NCBI GenBank assembly: GCA_001821295.1
Contig: MHSK01000011.1
Span: forward strand, 1 to 52,042
Length of the DNA stretch: 52,042 nucleotides
Source: Candidatus Taylorbacteria bacterium RIFCSPLOWO2_12_FULL_43_20
GTDB lineage: Bacteria; Patescibacteriota; Minisyncoccia; Phycocordibacterales; HO2-43-120
Direction: 5' to 3'
The first letter of the stretch is position 1. Every line of letters begins with the position of its first letter. The notes beneath the pieces were generated by a model, which saw nothing but the letters and a program-made list of their open reading frames with translations, was not told the DNA's origin and did not search any database. The position numbers were made by a program, and so were the translations under genes. Below, piece by piece: positions 34,716-42,939 of the stretch.

Positions 34716-37475
34716 ATGAACGAGACCGGATTTTCAAAGATAGACAATAAATTTAGCTCTCCTGAAGAAGAGTTGGATTTTTTGCGCGCGGAAGTTTCCA
34801 GGAAAGAATCGGAGTTAAATCGGCAAAGCGAGACACCGAGCCGCGACAAGATAATAGCCGAAAGTCTGGACAGGTACAAAAAAACCGATGCCAAGGACAT
34901 TCTTCATGAGTCCTACGCGATGGGAAGCGAGGATAAAAACGAGCTCAGAAAAAAGCTGGATCTTTCCCCCGAACCCCACGATGATAAAATTAGCGAATTC
35001 GCGTCAATCTTAGAAGCTCACGGAATAAAAAACGCCCTTTCCGCCTTGGAAGAGCTGGACAATCCTCATCTCATGGATGATTTTGACAGGTTTCTGGTCC
35101 AATATGTCAAGCAGGATTTTGAAGTCAAAGGCGTGTCAAAAAAAGATCTTTTCAGCCGCGCTCTCCAGATGACCCTGTACGAGATAGCGTTGCCTGAAAA
35201 AACCAGCGAAGAACACCCGAAGACTTTGAAAGAACTGGTTTCGTCAATGGAGCAGTTTTATGCCGGCATGATGGCTGTGGGAGAAAAAAGCGATAAAGGA
35301 CCGAGCTATTTCACGCTGGAGCTCGCTGTGGAAAATCATAGCGATGAATTCATATTTTATTCAGCTGTTCCGGATTCAAGGAGAGATCTTTTTGAAAAGC
35401 AGATAATGTCAATTTTTCCAGACGCAAGAGTGACGGAAAAGAAAGATGACTATAATATTTTTGACGCGGAGGGAGTTGCCGTCGGTTCATACGCCGTGTC
35501 GGGCAACAACCCGATTTTTAGTTTGAAAACGTACGAACAATTTGATTACGATCCTCTCAATGTTCTTTTGAACAGCTTTTCCAAAATAGACAAAGACGGG
35601 GAAGGAGCCGCGGTGCAAATTGTCTTCAAACCGGTCGGAGATATGTACATGGAAAAATACAAGTACGCTCTGGAACAAATACAGAAAGGCGTAAAAGTCA
35701 AAGATGCGATAGATATTCCGGAGAGTCTGGCCGGTCACCTGTTTAAGTTCGCTAAGGAGGTGGCGGGCGATATGAAGAAGGATAAGGAAAAAGAAACGGA
35801 TATCAAGGATAAGCACGTGGATGAGATAGCGGTTGAGGATATAACTCAGAAAATTTCGAGCCCTGTTGCCGTCGCCAACATACGAATAATGGCTTCTTCA
35901 GCCAACGAAGCATCGGCGCTGGCTATTCTGGAGGATGTCCACGCCGCTTTCAATCAGTTTGAAAATAGCCACGGCAATAAGCTAATCTTTAAAACTTTAA
36001 AAAAATCAAAACTGAGGAGACTGGCAAAGGAGTTTTCTTTCCGCTTGTACTCTTCGGACGAGAAAATACCTTTGAGCTTGAAAGAAATTACGACGATCAT
36101 GCATCTCCCCTCCACTGTAATCAAGTCTGCTCCTCAGCTCAAGATTTCAAAGGCGTCTACCGCGCCGGCACCAATGGATCTTAAAGAAGAGGGCATACTC
36201 ATGGGAGTCAACAGAAACCGTAACTCCGAAAGGAAAATTTACATGGCCGAGGAAGACCGTCTGCGGCATTTCTATACCATCGGACAAACCGGAACCGGCA
36301 AGACAACATTGTTGAAAAATATGATCGCTCAGGACATAGCCAACGGAGAAGGCGTGTGCATGATAGATCCTCACGGGTCAGACATAGACGATGTGCTTGC
36401 TTCCGTGCCTCCGGAGAGATATGACGACGTGGTATATTTTGACCCGAGTTACACGGCTCGGCCGACCGCTTTAAATATGCTTGAGTATGATACGCGTTTT
36501 CCGGAACAGAAAACCTTCGTCGTGAATGAAATGCTTTCTATATTCAATAAATTGTTTGATATGAAAACAGCCGGCGGGCCGATGTTTGAACAATATTTCA
36601 GAAACGCGGTGCTTTTGGTAATGGAGGATCCGACAACCGGAAACACGCTTCTTGATGTGTCAAAAGTGCTGGCTGACAAAAAATTCAGAGAGATGAAGCT
36701 GGAGAGGTCGTCAAACCCGATTGTTTCGCAATTTTGGAAAGAGGTGGCGGAAAAAGCTGGGGGTGAATCCGCCTTGGCGAATATTGTGCCTTACATCACC
36801 TCAAAATTTGACGTGTTTTTATCCAACGATATTATGCGTCCTATCATCGCAAGCGAGAAATCCAGCTTCAATTTCAGGGAAATAATGGACAATAAAAAAA
36901 TATTGCTGGTAAATCTCGCAAAAGGCCGGCTTGGTGAAATCAACTCAAATCTTCTAGGTCTCATACTTGTGGGAAAAATCCTGATGTCCGCTTTGTCGCG
37001 CGTTGATTCTTTCGGCAAAAATTTGCCTCCTTTTTATTTGTATATTGACGAGTTTCAAAATGTAACAACAAGCTCCATATCTACAATATTATCCGAGGCG
37101 AGGAAATACAAACTGGCGCTGGTTATTGCTCATCAGTTTATCGCTCAGCTAGAAGATAATATAAAGGATTCGGTTTTCGGAAACGTCGGTTCCATAGCTT
37201 CATTCAGAGTCGGAGCAGAAGACGCCGAATACTTGGAAAAACAATTTGCTCCGGTTTTCGCGGCCAAGGATCTTATGAACATAGATAATAGGTCTTTTTA
37301 CCTGAAAATGCTTTCAGGGGGCAAAACAGTCAAGCCGTTTAACGTGGAAACCATCGCGCCGGCTTATGGAGAAAGAAATAGCGTGGAAAAAATGAAAGAA
37401 TTGTCCTACCTGCGATACGGGAGGGATCGGGAAAGAGTGGAAGCGGAAATCATGAGCAAGTATAATAAGTCGTGA
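34716..37475 (+). CDS. Soluble FtsK/HerA-superfamily ATPase, VirD4/TraD (type IV coupling protein)-like C-terminal half with a ~480-aa N-terminal domain of unknown function
   Basis: Walker A GQTGTGKTT (~nt 36290), DPHGS shortly after it, Walker B FYLYIDEFQN (~nt 37030), AHQ motif LVIAHQFIAQL. No TM helices seen in the N-terminus. Confidence 0.75.
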   Translation: MNETGFSKIDNKFSSPEEELDFLRAEVSRKESELNRQSETPSRDKIIAESLDRYKKTDAKDILHESYAMGSEDKNELRKKLDLSPEPHDDKISEFASILEAHGIKNALSALEELDNPHLMDDFDRFLVQYVKQDFEVKGVSKKDLFSRALQMTLYEIALPEKTSEEHPKTLKELVSSMEQFYAGMMAVGEKSDKGPSYFTLELAVENHSDEFIFYSAVPDSRRDLFEKQIMSIFPDARVTEKKDDYNIFDAEGVAVGSYAVSGNNPIFSLKTYEQFDYDPLNVLLNSFSKIDKDGEGAAVQIVFKPVGDMYMEKYKYALEQIQKGVKVKDAIDIPESLAGHLFKFAKEVAGDMKKDKEKETDIKDKHVDEIAVEDITQKISSPVAVANIRIMASSANEASALAILEDVHAAFNQFENSHGNKLIFKTLKKSKLRRLAKEFSFRLYSSDEKIPLSLKEITTIMHLPSTVIKSAPQLKISKASTAPAPMDLKEEGILMGVNRNRNSERKIYMAEEDRLRHFYTIGQTGTGKTTLLKNMIAQDIANGEGVCMIDPHGSDIDDVLASVPPERYDDVVYFDPSYTARPTALNMLEYDTRFPEQKTFVVNEMLSIFNKLFDMKTAGGPMFEQYFRNAVLLVMEDPTTGNTLLDVSKVLADKKFREMKLERSSNPIVSQFWKEVAEKAGGESALANIVPYITSKFDVFLSNDIMRPIIASEKSSFNFREIMDNKKILLVNLAKGRLGEINSNLLGLILVGKILMSALSRVDSFGKNLPPFYLYIDEFQNVTTSSISTILSEARKYKLALVIAHQFIAQLEDNIKDSVFGNVGSIASFRVGAEDAEYLEKQFAPVFAAKDLMNIDNRSFYLKMLSGGKTVKPFNVETIAPAYGERNSVEKMKELSYLRYGRDRERVEAEIMSKYNKS

Positions 37476-37582
37476 TCCTTTTTTTTGCTTGCTCTGGAGC
37501 AGTGTCGCGGTATATAATTAATGACCAAACGTAATTATCAATATCTTCTCAAAGCATTGCTTTGGGCCGTTAATATATAAAC

Positions 37583-37771
37583 ATGCCTGAAAAATTAAAA
37601 ATTGAATGGTCTGGAGATGAGGAACAGCCGCGAATGGAGGAAACTAGACGGTGGATCGGCAAAATGGCTGACGAAAACAAGAGAGAAATTAATGAAAAAG
37701 GATACGCTAGATATATAAAACTTATGCCGGAACTGGATGAGGCGCTGGAAGAGTCGCTTAAGCAAAATTAA
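37583..37771 (+). CDS. Hypothetical 62-aa acidic protein
   Basis: ORF only; highly charged. Confidence 0.35.
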   Translation: MPEKLKIEWSGDEEQPRMEETRRWIGKMADENKREINEKGYARYIKLMPELDEALEESLKQN

Positions 37772-37775
37772 ATAT

Positions 37776-38069
37776 ATGGACCATCCTTTAAAACAAAAAA
37801 TCGCTCCGCGGCTTAATCTCAACGGTTTTAGCGATACGGAAAAAGAAGAGATAATTACGATGTTGGAGAATATAGCCAAGGAAAAAATTTTCATAGCCAT
37901 TTTGGACGAACTTTCGCATGACGAAAAATCAGAGCTGGAGAAAATGAGCGAAGGGGAATACGCAGATAAGCTCAGCGCCTTTCTCGCTCCGCATTTTGAC
38001 AAATTCAGGTCTATCATAGATAAAAGGACTGAAGAGGTTGTGGGAGAATTTAACGCTTTAAGAGTGTAA
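37776..38069 (+). CDS. Hypothetical 97-aa acidic helical protein
   Basis: Starts at the ATG at 37776 (MDHPLKQ...). The pattern EEIITMLENIAKEKIFIAILDELSHDEKSELEKM recalls small helical proteins common in CPR genomes; this is from memory and not verified. Confidence 0.45.
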   Translation: MDHPLKQKIAPRLNLNGFSDTEKEEIITMLENIAKEKIFIAILDELSHDEKSELEKMSEGEYADKLSAFLAPHFDKFRSIIDKRTEEVVGEFNALRV

Positions 38070-38112
38070 GTGTTAAAGATATTATAAATATTGATATAAC
38101 TATTCATAATAA

Positions 38113-38718
38113 ATGACACATCTTAAAAAAGAGAGGACGCTAGTGGTTATCAAGCCGGACGGTATTCAAAGGACGCTTGTGGGTGAGATTATACAGCGCT
38201 ATGAACGGATTGGACTGAAACTTATCGCCATTAAGATGCTCGTACCCTCCGAGGATCATGTGGACAAGCATTACAATCTTGACCCTGAGTGGAAGAAAAA
38301 TGTGGGTGAGAAATCAATCAAAGGGTATATAGACAAAGGTCTTGAGCCGCCCTCACAAGATCCAATGGTTATAGGGGATCAAGTTATAAGTGTTCTGAAA
38401 AAATATCTTAGCTCCGGACCGGTCATAGCGATGGTGTGGCAAGGCGCTCACGCGGTTAAAATTGTGAGGAAAATTACGGGAGGTACGGAGCCGCTTTCAT
38501 CGGATGTCGGCACGATTCGGGGGGACTATGTTTTAGATTCTTATCAAATGTCCGATAAGGACGGCAGGGCAATACGCAATCTGATCCATGCCTCAGGATC
38601 TGCAAAAGAAGCAGACGATGAGATCAAGCATTGGTTTGTTGAAGAAGAATTGCTAGATTACAATCTGGTGCAAGACAAAATCCTTTACGATGTAAATCTA
38701 GACGGATTGTTGGAATAG
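38113..38718 (+). CDS. ndk: Nucleoside diphosphate kinase, long form (201 aa)
   Basis: ERTLVVIKPDGIQRTLVGEIIQRYERIGLKLIAIKM, GTIRGDY, and NLIHAS holding the active-site His. A ~40-aa insertion relative to the ~145-aa classical form. Confidence 0.9.
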   Translation: MTHLKKERTLVVIKPDGIQRTLVGEIIQRYERIGLKLIAIKMLVPSEDHVDKHYNLDPEWKKNVGEKSIKGYIDKGLEPPSQDPMVIGDQVISVLKKYLSSGPVIAMVWQGAHAVKIVRKITGGTEPLSSDVGTIRGDYVLDSYQMSDKDGRAIRNLIHASGSAKEADDEIKHWFVEEELLDYNLVQDKILYDVNLDGLLE

Positions 38719-38720
38719 TT

Positions 38721-38847
38721 TAGGAATTACGCAGTCGGCGCATTTCTTCTCTGCAAGCTCCGTTTGCTCCCGCAATGTATAAGGATACATTTTGGTCGCA
38801 ATCCTCGCTTGCGCCTCGAACTGCATCCGACTGCGTAAGTCCTATAG
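38721..38847 (+). repeat. Family B element, copy B4
   Basis: Starts 2 nt after the ndk stop; ends ...GACTGCGTAAGTCCTATAG. Confidence 0.9.
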
Positions 38848-38853
38848 CTGTAT

Positions 38854-38881
38854 TTGCGTTAGAAATATCATAGGATATAAT
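38854..38881 (+). promoter_or_regulatory. Sigma70-like promoter TTGCGT-N16-TATAAT
   Basis: Read directly. The predicted start at ~38888 coincides with the 5' arm of the closing helix of the candidate RNA. Confidence 0.5.
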
Positions 38882-38887
38882 TATTAC

Positions 38888-39063
38888 AGGTTATTTGGAG
38901 TATTATCTAGATTAAAGCATATTCAGGAAGCCCGAATTGTTACGTTGTGAGGAGGGTCCTTGCGACCATCCGATCGATGTGTCTGTGGGCATCCACCTAG
39001 TTTTTGACTAGGGCAATACTACCGAATAACCTATCAAAAAACTCTTCTTAGGAAGGGTTTTTT
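38888..39063 (+). ncRNA. Candidate ~175-nt structured small RNA of unassigned class
   Basis: 5' AGGTTATTTGGAGTATTATCTAG (38888-38910) pairs with CTAGGGCAATACTACCGAATAACCT (39008-39032) as a long imperfect closing helix. Internal hairpins include GGAGGGTC-CTTGC-GACCATCC. Ends in terminator CTCTTC-TTAG-GAAGGG plus T6 (39042-39063). No ORF present. Confidence 0.5.
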
Positions 39064-39122
39064 GTTGAAAATTTTTTTTCTTTCCTGTGGATTATGCTGT
39101 CAGGTTCTGTTATCATTTGTTA

Positions 39123-39539
39123 ATGAGAGAACGTTTTTTAAAGCAATTGGTGGCGGTGATATTTGCCATAGCGGTTTTACATATAGCGGCTATCGGCTTT
39201 CATTTCTACTGGTCAATTTGGTGGTACGATATATTACTGCATTTTTTTGGCGGCGTTTGGATAGGGATTTTCTCTCTCTGGTTTGTTTTTTACAGTCGGT
39301 ACATAAAAATAAAAGAGTTGGAAAAAGCGGGAGCTTTGGGAATATCTGCCATTGCCGTTATGTTCGCGTTTGGCGTGGGTATGATATGGGAGCTGTATGA
39401 ATTCATGCTTTCTGCCAACTTCAGCCGGGAGGGCTATGCCATGGATACTCTCATCGATCTCATTATGGATGTTTCCGGCGCACTGGTCGGTTATGTAATT
39501 TTCACATTGCAAAGGGAAAGATATATACACGGGCGATGA
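39123..39539 (+). CDS. Hypothetical integral membrane protein (~4 TM)
   Basis: Hydrophobic helices with W/H-rich motifs (HFYWSIWWYDILLHFFGG; DTLIDLIMDVSGALVG). Alternative GTG start at 39087. Confidence 0.6.
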   Translation: MRERFLKQLVAVIFAIAVLHIAAIGFHFYWSIWWYDILLHFFGGVWIGIFSLWFVFYSRYIKIKELEKAGALGISAIAVMFAFGVGMIWELYEFMLSANFSREGYAMDTLIDLIMDVSGALVGYVIFTLQRERYIHGR

Positions 39540-39560
39540 CACCGTTACTTATGACATTGG

Positions 39561-39688
39561 ATTACTAAACTCGTCGAAGGCAGGGCTTTTGCGGAACATT
39601 GCGCAAGCCGACGGGCGAGCATAGGGATTTTTTAGCAAAAAAATACCCGTGTTCCGCAAAAGCCCTGCCGAGAAAAGAGTTTCGTAAT
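39561..39688 (-). repeat. Family A 128-nt element, copy A3 (inverted orientation)
   Basis: Reverse complement of A1/A2/A4 with a few substitutions. Confidence 0.95.
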
Positions 39689-39715
39689 CCACAATTATGA
39701 ATTAAACAAGATATT

Positions 39716-41095
39716 ATGATGCCGTCATTAACTTTTTGGGGAGGGGTGGGAAGCGTTACCGGAGCCAATTTCTTATTTCAATGTGATAAGAAAAACATTT
39801 TAGTGGATTGCGGACTTATTCAGGGAGGGGATTATGCCGAGCAGGAAAATGAAAAACCCTTTTCTTACGACCCATCACTGGTGGATGTTCTGTTCGTAAC
39901 TCACGCCCATATAGATCATATAGGACGCGTTCCCAAGCTTGTAAAAGAAGGTTTCAGGGGGGTTATTTATTCCACGCTTGAAACCAGAGAGTTGGCGAAA
40001 GTGATGCTCGCGGACGCGTTTCGCATATTGCGCGCGGAAGCTCTAAAAAAAGGCAAGAAAACTTTTTATGACGAAAGTGATATAAACGACGCGTTTGGTC
40101 TTTGGCGCGACATACCATATCATACCGACGAATCTATATCGGATAATATTAAATTTAAATTATTGGACGCGGGACACATTCTCGGCTCATCGATGGTGGA
40201 GATAACCTTTCGCCATGTTCGTGAAAACGGCTGGAAAAAAATAGTATTCTGCGGGGATTTGGGCAACTCTCCTTCATTACTGCTTCGCGAGACCGAAAAG
40301 GTGACAGGAGCGAATTATATGGTCATGGACAGCGTTTATGGAGATAGAAACCACGAGCCGCCGGAAGAGAGAAAAACACGGCTAATAGATATCATCAATG
40401 ACACTGTGGAAAGGGGAGGAGCTTTGATTATCCCGGCTTTTTCTCTTGAGAGAACGCAAGATATCTTGTATGAGATCAATAATATGGTGGAGGGAGGGCA
40501 AATCAAATCTATTCCTGTTTTTTTGGATTCGCCCTTGGCTATTAAGGTGACGGAAATTTATAAAAAATCCATAGCCAATTTCAATGGTAAGGTTAACAAT
40601 GAGATAAAAGCGGGAGATGATATTTTTGACTTTCCCAAGCTTAAATTTACCATGAGGAGGGACGATTCAGTGGCGATAGACGACGTGCCCAATCCGAAAA
40701 TCGTTATCGCCGGCTCAGGGATGTCAGCCGGCGGAAGAGTGATTTATCATGAACAAAGACACTTAAGTGATCCCAAGAGCACTATTTTATTGGTGGGATA
40801 TCAAGTGGCCGGCAGTTTCGGTAGAAAAATATTGGAGGGGGAAAAGAAGGTTCTGATCAATGGAAAAGAGATTGATGTTAGGGCCAAGATTGTATCAATC
40901 AATGGCTATTCCGCTCATATGGATTCTGACCATCTTTTGGAATTTGTCGGCGAAGCTGCGGAATCGCTGGAAAAAGTTTTTGTCGTTATGGGAGAACCGA
41001 AGTCTTCGCTTTTCCTCGCTCAGCGCATCAGAGATTACATAGGAGTCAATGCCATTTTTCCGGAGCGTGGTAAACCGTATATTTTAAATTACTGA
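39716..41095 (+). CDS. MBL-fold beta-CASP family RNA-processing nuclease (CPSF73/COG1236-like)
   Basis: HxHxDH motif VTHAHIDHIG. Length (459 aa) and the C-terminal GYSAH...MGEP region are typical of beta-CASP proteins. Confidence 0.8.
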   Translation: MMPSLTFWGGVGSVTGANFLFQCDKKNILVDCGLIQGGDYAEQENEKPFSYDPSLVDVLFVTHAHIDHIGRVPKLVKEGFRGVIYSTLETRELAKVMLADAFRILRAEALKKGKKTFYDESDINDAFGLWRDIPYHTDESISDNIKFKLLDAGHILGSSMVEITFRHVRENGWKKIVFCGDLGNSPSLLLRETEKVTGANYMVMDSVYGDRNHEPPEERKTRLIDIINDTVERGGALIIPAFSLERTQDILYEINNMVEGGQIKSIPVFLDSPLAIKVTEIYKKSIANFNGKVNNEIKAGDDIFDFPKLKFTMRRDDSVAIDDVPNPKIVIAGSGMSAGGRVIYHEQRHLSDPKSTILLVGYQVAGSFGRKILEGEKKVLINGKEIDVRAKIVSINGYSAHMDSDHLLEFVGEAAESLEKVFVVMGEPKSSLFLAQRIRDYIGVNAIFPERGKPYILNY

Positions 41096-41105
41096 CTCTC
41101 AAAGT

Positions 41106-41453
41106 TTACTGATTCACTTTTTTATATATTCTGGAGAAATATTCCGGTTGATCTTCGGCGAGGGATGCCAATATTTTGCGGTCAATAAGAACGTTCTTCT
41201 TTTTGAGCGCGCCCATAAACTTACTGTAAGACATGCCTTCTTTGGCCAAAGCGGCGCTAATCTTAACATTCCACAATCTTCTGAAGTCACCTTTTTTGTC
41301 TCGTCTATGAGCAAAGGCGTAAGTGCCGGCGTGAAAAATGGCTTCTTGGGCTTGTTTCTCCTTTTTACTTCTGCCGAAGCGGTAACCTTTTACCTTCCTC
41401 AGTGTATTTCTTCTGGTTTTGAGAGCGTTAACTCCTTTCTTTACTCTTGTCAT
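41106..41453 (-). CDS. rplT: 50S ribosomal protein L20
   Basis: MTRVKKGVNALKTRRNTLRKVKGYRFGRSK...FRRLWNVKISAA signature. Confidence 0.95.
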   Translation of the reverse strand: MTRVKKGVNALKTRRNTLRKVKGYRFGRSKKEKQAQEAIFHAGTYAFAHRRDKKGDFRRLWNVKISAALAKEGMSYSKFMGALKKKNVLIDRKILASLAEDQPEYFSRIYKKVNQ

Positions 41454-41467
41454 ATTTATTACTTTGA

Positions 41468-41595
41468 ATTACGAAACTCTTTTCTCGGCAGGGCTTTTGC
41501 GGAACACGGGTATTTTTTTGCTAAAAAATCCCTATGCTCGCCCGTCGGCTTGCGCAATGTTCCGCAAAAGCCCTGCCTTCGACGAGTTTCGTAAT
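41468..41595 (+). repeat. Family A 128-nt element, copy A4 (between rpmI and rplT)
   Basis: Appears identical to A2 by eye. Confidence 0.95.
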
Positions 41596-41667
41596 TCATG
41601 ATTATTAAAAATTAAAATCAGATGGGTATTATTACTATTGCGCGGGTTAGATAAGTTTCGCCATAGG

Positions 41668-41853
41668 TTATGAATTAATCAGAAACCTGGATTTCGCTTT
41701 ATTTGTCATCACAAATGAGGATGAACGCTTCTTGTTCAACTGAGACCGTCTTGACTCTTTGGCGTTAAAGTGATTTTGGCCAGGTTTTCTTGCCACGATC
41801 TTACCGTTTTTTGTAACTTTGAGCCGTTTGATATACGATTTGTTTGTTTTCAT
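41668..41853 (-). CDS. rpmI: 50S ribosomal protein L35
   Basis: MKTNKSYIKRLKVTKNGKIVARKPGQNH signature; 61 aa. Confidence 0.9.
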   Translation of the reverse strand: MKTNKSYIKRLKVTKNGKIVARKPGQNHFNAKESRRSQLNKKRSSSFVMTNKAKSRFLINS

Positions 41854-41953
41854 GCGGTTGGAATTATGCGAAGATGGCGCTGGAATAGCGAAATACGTTT
41901 TTATTCTCCATAGGACTTAGACGTGTTAGTTTATTCGAATCATTCCTCAGTCT

Positions 41954-42024
41954 GTCATTCCCGCGAATGCGGGAATCCAGGGTCTTATCTGCACACTCTG
42001 GATTCCCGCATTCGCGGGAATGAC
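41954..42024. repeat. Family C double palindrome (27-bp perfect arms, 17-nt spacer) between infC and rpmI
   Basis: GTCATTCCCGCGAATGCGGGAATCCAG ... CTGGATTCCCGCATTCGCGGGAATGAC. Confidence 0.9.
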
Positions 42025-42074
42025 ATCAAACGCTTCATTCCTATTTAATTGATAATTAGATTCTGAACAGGCTC

Positions 42075-42584
42075 TTAGACTTTTTCTATTATGGTTGTGA
42101 TTCCCTTTGGGCTTTTTTTGGGAGAATCCGCTATTTTGTATTCTTCGGTTATAAGTTTTAAAATTCTTTCAAGTCTCTGTTTAAGAAATTGAAAATCCAT
42201 ATACTTAGTCCTTCCTATCAAAAATAGTTCAATTTTGATGCGATGCCCTTCTTTGAGCCATTCTGACGCTTTTTTGGCTTTAAGTTCCAGGTCGTGCTCT
42301 CCCGTACCTATCTTGACCTGTATTGTCTTGGTTTCCACGCTATGCGACTTGGCTTTTGCCGCTTTCATCCTTTTCTTTTCCGCGTACTGAAATTTACCAT
42401 AATCCATTATTTTTGCAACCGGCGGCTTGGCGTTGGGAGAAATTTCTATAAGATCCTGGCCATTTTCATTGGCCGCCTTTAACGCTTCGCTTAAAGTCAG
42501 GATGCCGAGATTTTCTCCTTCGCTACCTATGACTCGAAGCTCCGGAGATCGGATTTGGTGATTTATTCTGATTTGATTCGTCAA
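42075..42584 (-). CDS. infC: Translation initiation factor IF-3 (TTG start)
   Basis: INHQIRSPELRVIGSEGENLGI...IEISPNAKPPVAKIMDYGKFQYAEKKR. A non-ATG start is usual for infC. Confidence 0.93.
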   Translation of the reverse strand: MTNQIRINHQIRSPELRVIGSEGENLGILTLSEALKAANENGQDLIEISPNAKPPVAKIMDYGKFQYAEKKRMKAAKAKSHSVETKTIQVKIGTGEHDLELKAKKASEWLKEGHRIKIELFLIGRTKYMDFQFLKQRLERILKLITEEYKIADSPKKSPKGITTIIEKV

Positions 42585-42666
42585 TTGTTTCTGCTGATTT
42601 ATTTTATAATTTTATACGGATATTTGGATTGTTCCTTACTTGATTCCCTTTGTATGTTTTAAAAGT

Positions 42667-42898
42667 GGCACCGCAGGGCGTTCCCCTCTGCCCCTCTTTA
42701 GAGGGGAAGTCCTCGTTCTTACGAGGGATGGGGTGTCTTCTCTCTTCTTCCTTTTCTCCTTTTTGAATTTACAATTTTTTCGGATTTCGTGCTTCGTGCT
42801 TATATAAGGATGGGGTATTCCCCATTCGTATCTATCCCCGACGCTTCGGTCGGGGCTCCGACCGAAGCGTCGGAGTCGTTAAGTGCTATCTACTATAA
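42667..42898 (-). repeat. Family E mosaic element, copy E1 (~230 nt), includes the family D hairpin at 42836-42875
   Basis: Its reverse complement aligns with 46759-47034 apart from a ~36-nt indel. The gene-proximal end lies 82 nt upstream of the infC start. Confidence 0.9.
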
Positions 42899-42939
42899 CA
42901 TAGCTGACAAGATATTTCAACTAATTTTTGTGCAGTTGT

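Noticed and set aside
38888-39063. Assigning the candidate RNA to SRP RNA, RNase P, T-box or a named riboswitch class
   Set aside because: I could not find the SRP domain IV motif (GGAA tetraloop with flanking AGCA/GGAA loops), a T-box sequence or other class-defining cores. The class is left unassigned.
39062-39400. 112-aa ORF overlapping the membrane-protein gene in another frame
   Set aside because: The 39087/39123 frame gives coherent TM helices. This frame starts inside the terminator T-run and looks Cys/Arg-rich and unprotein-like.
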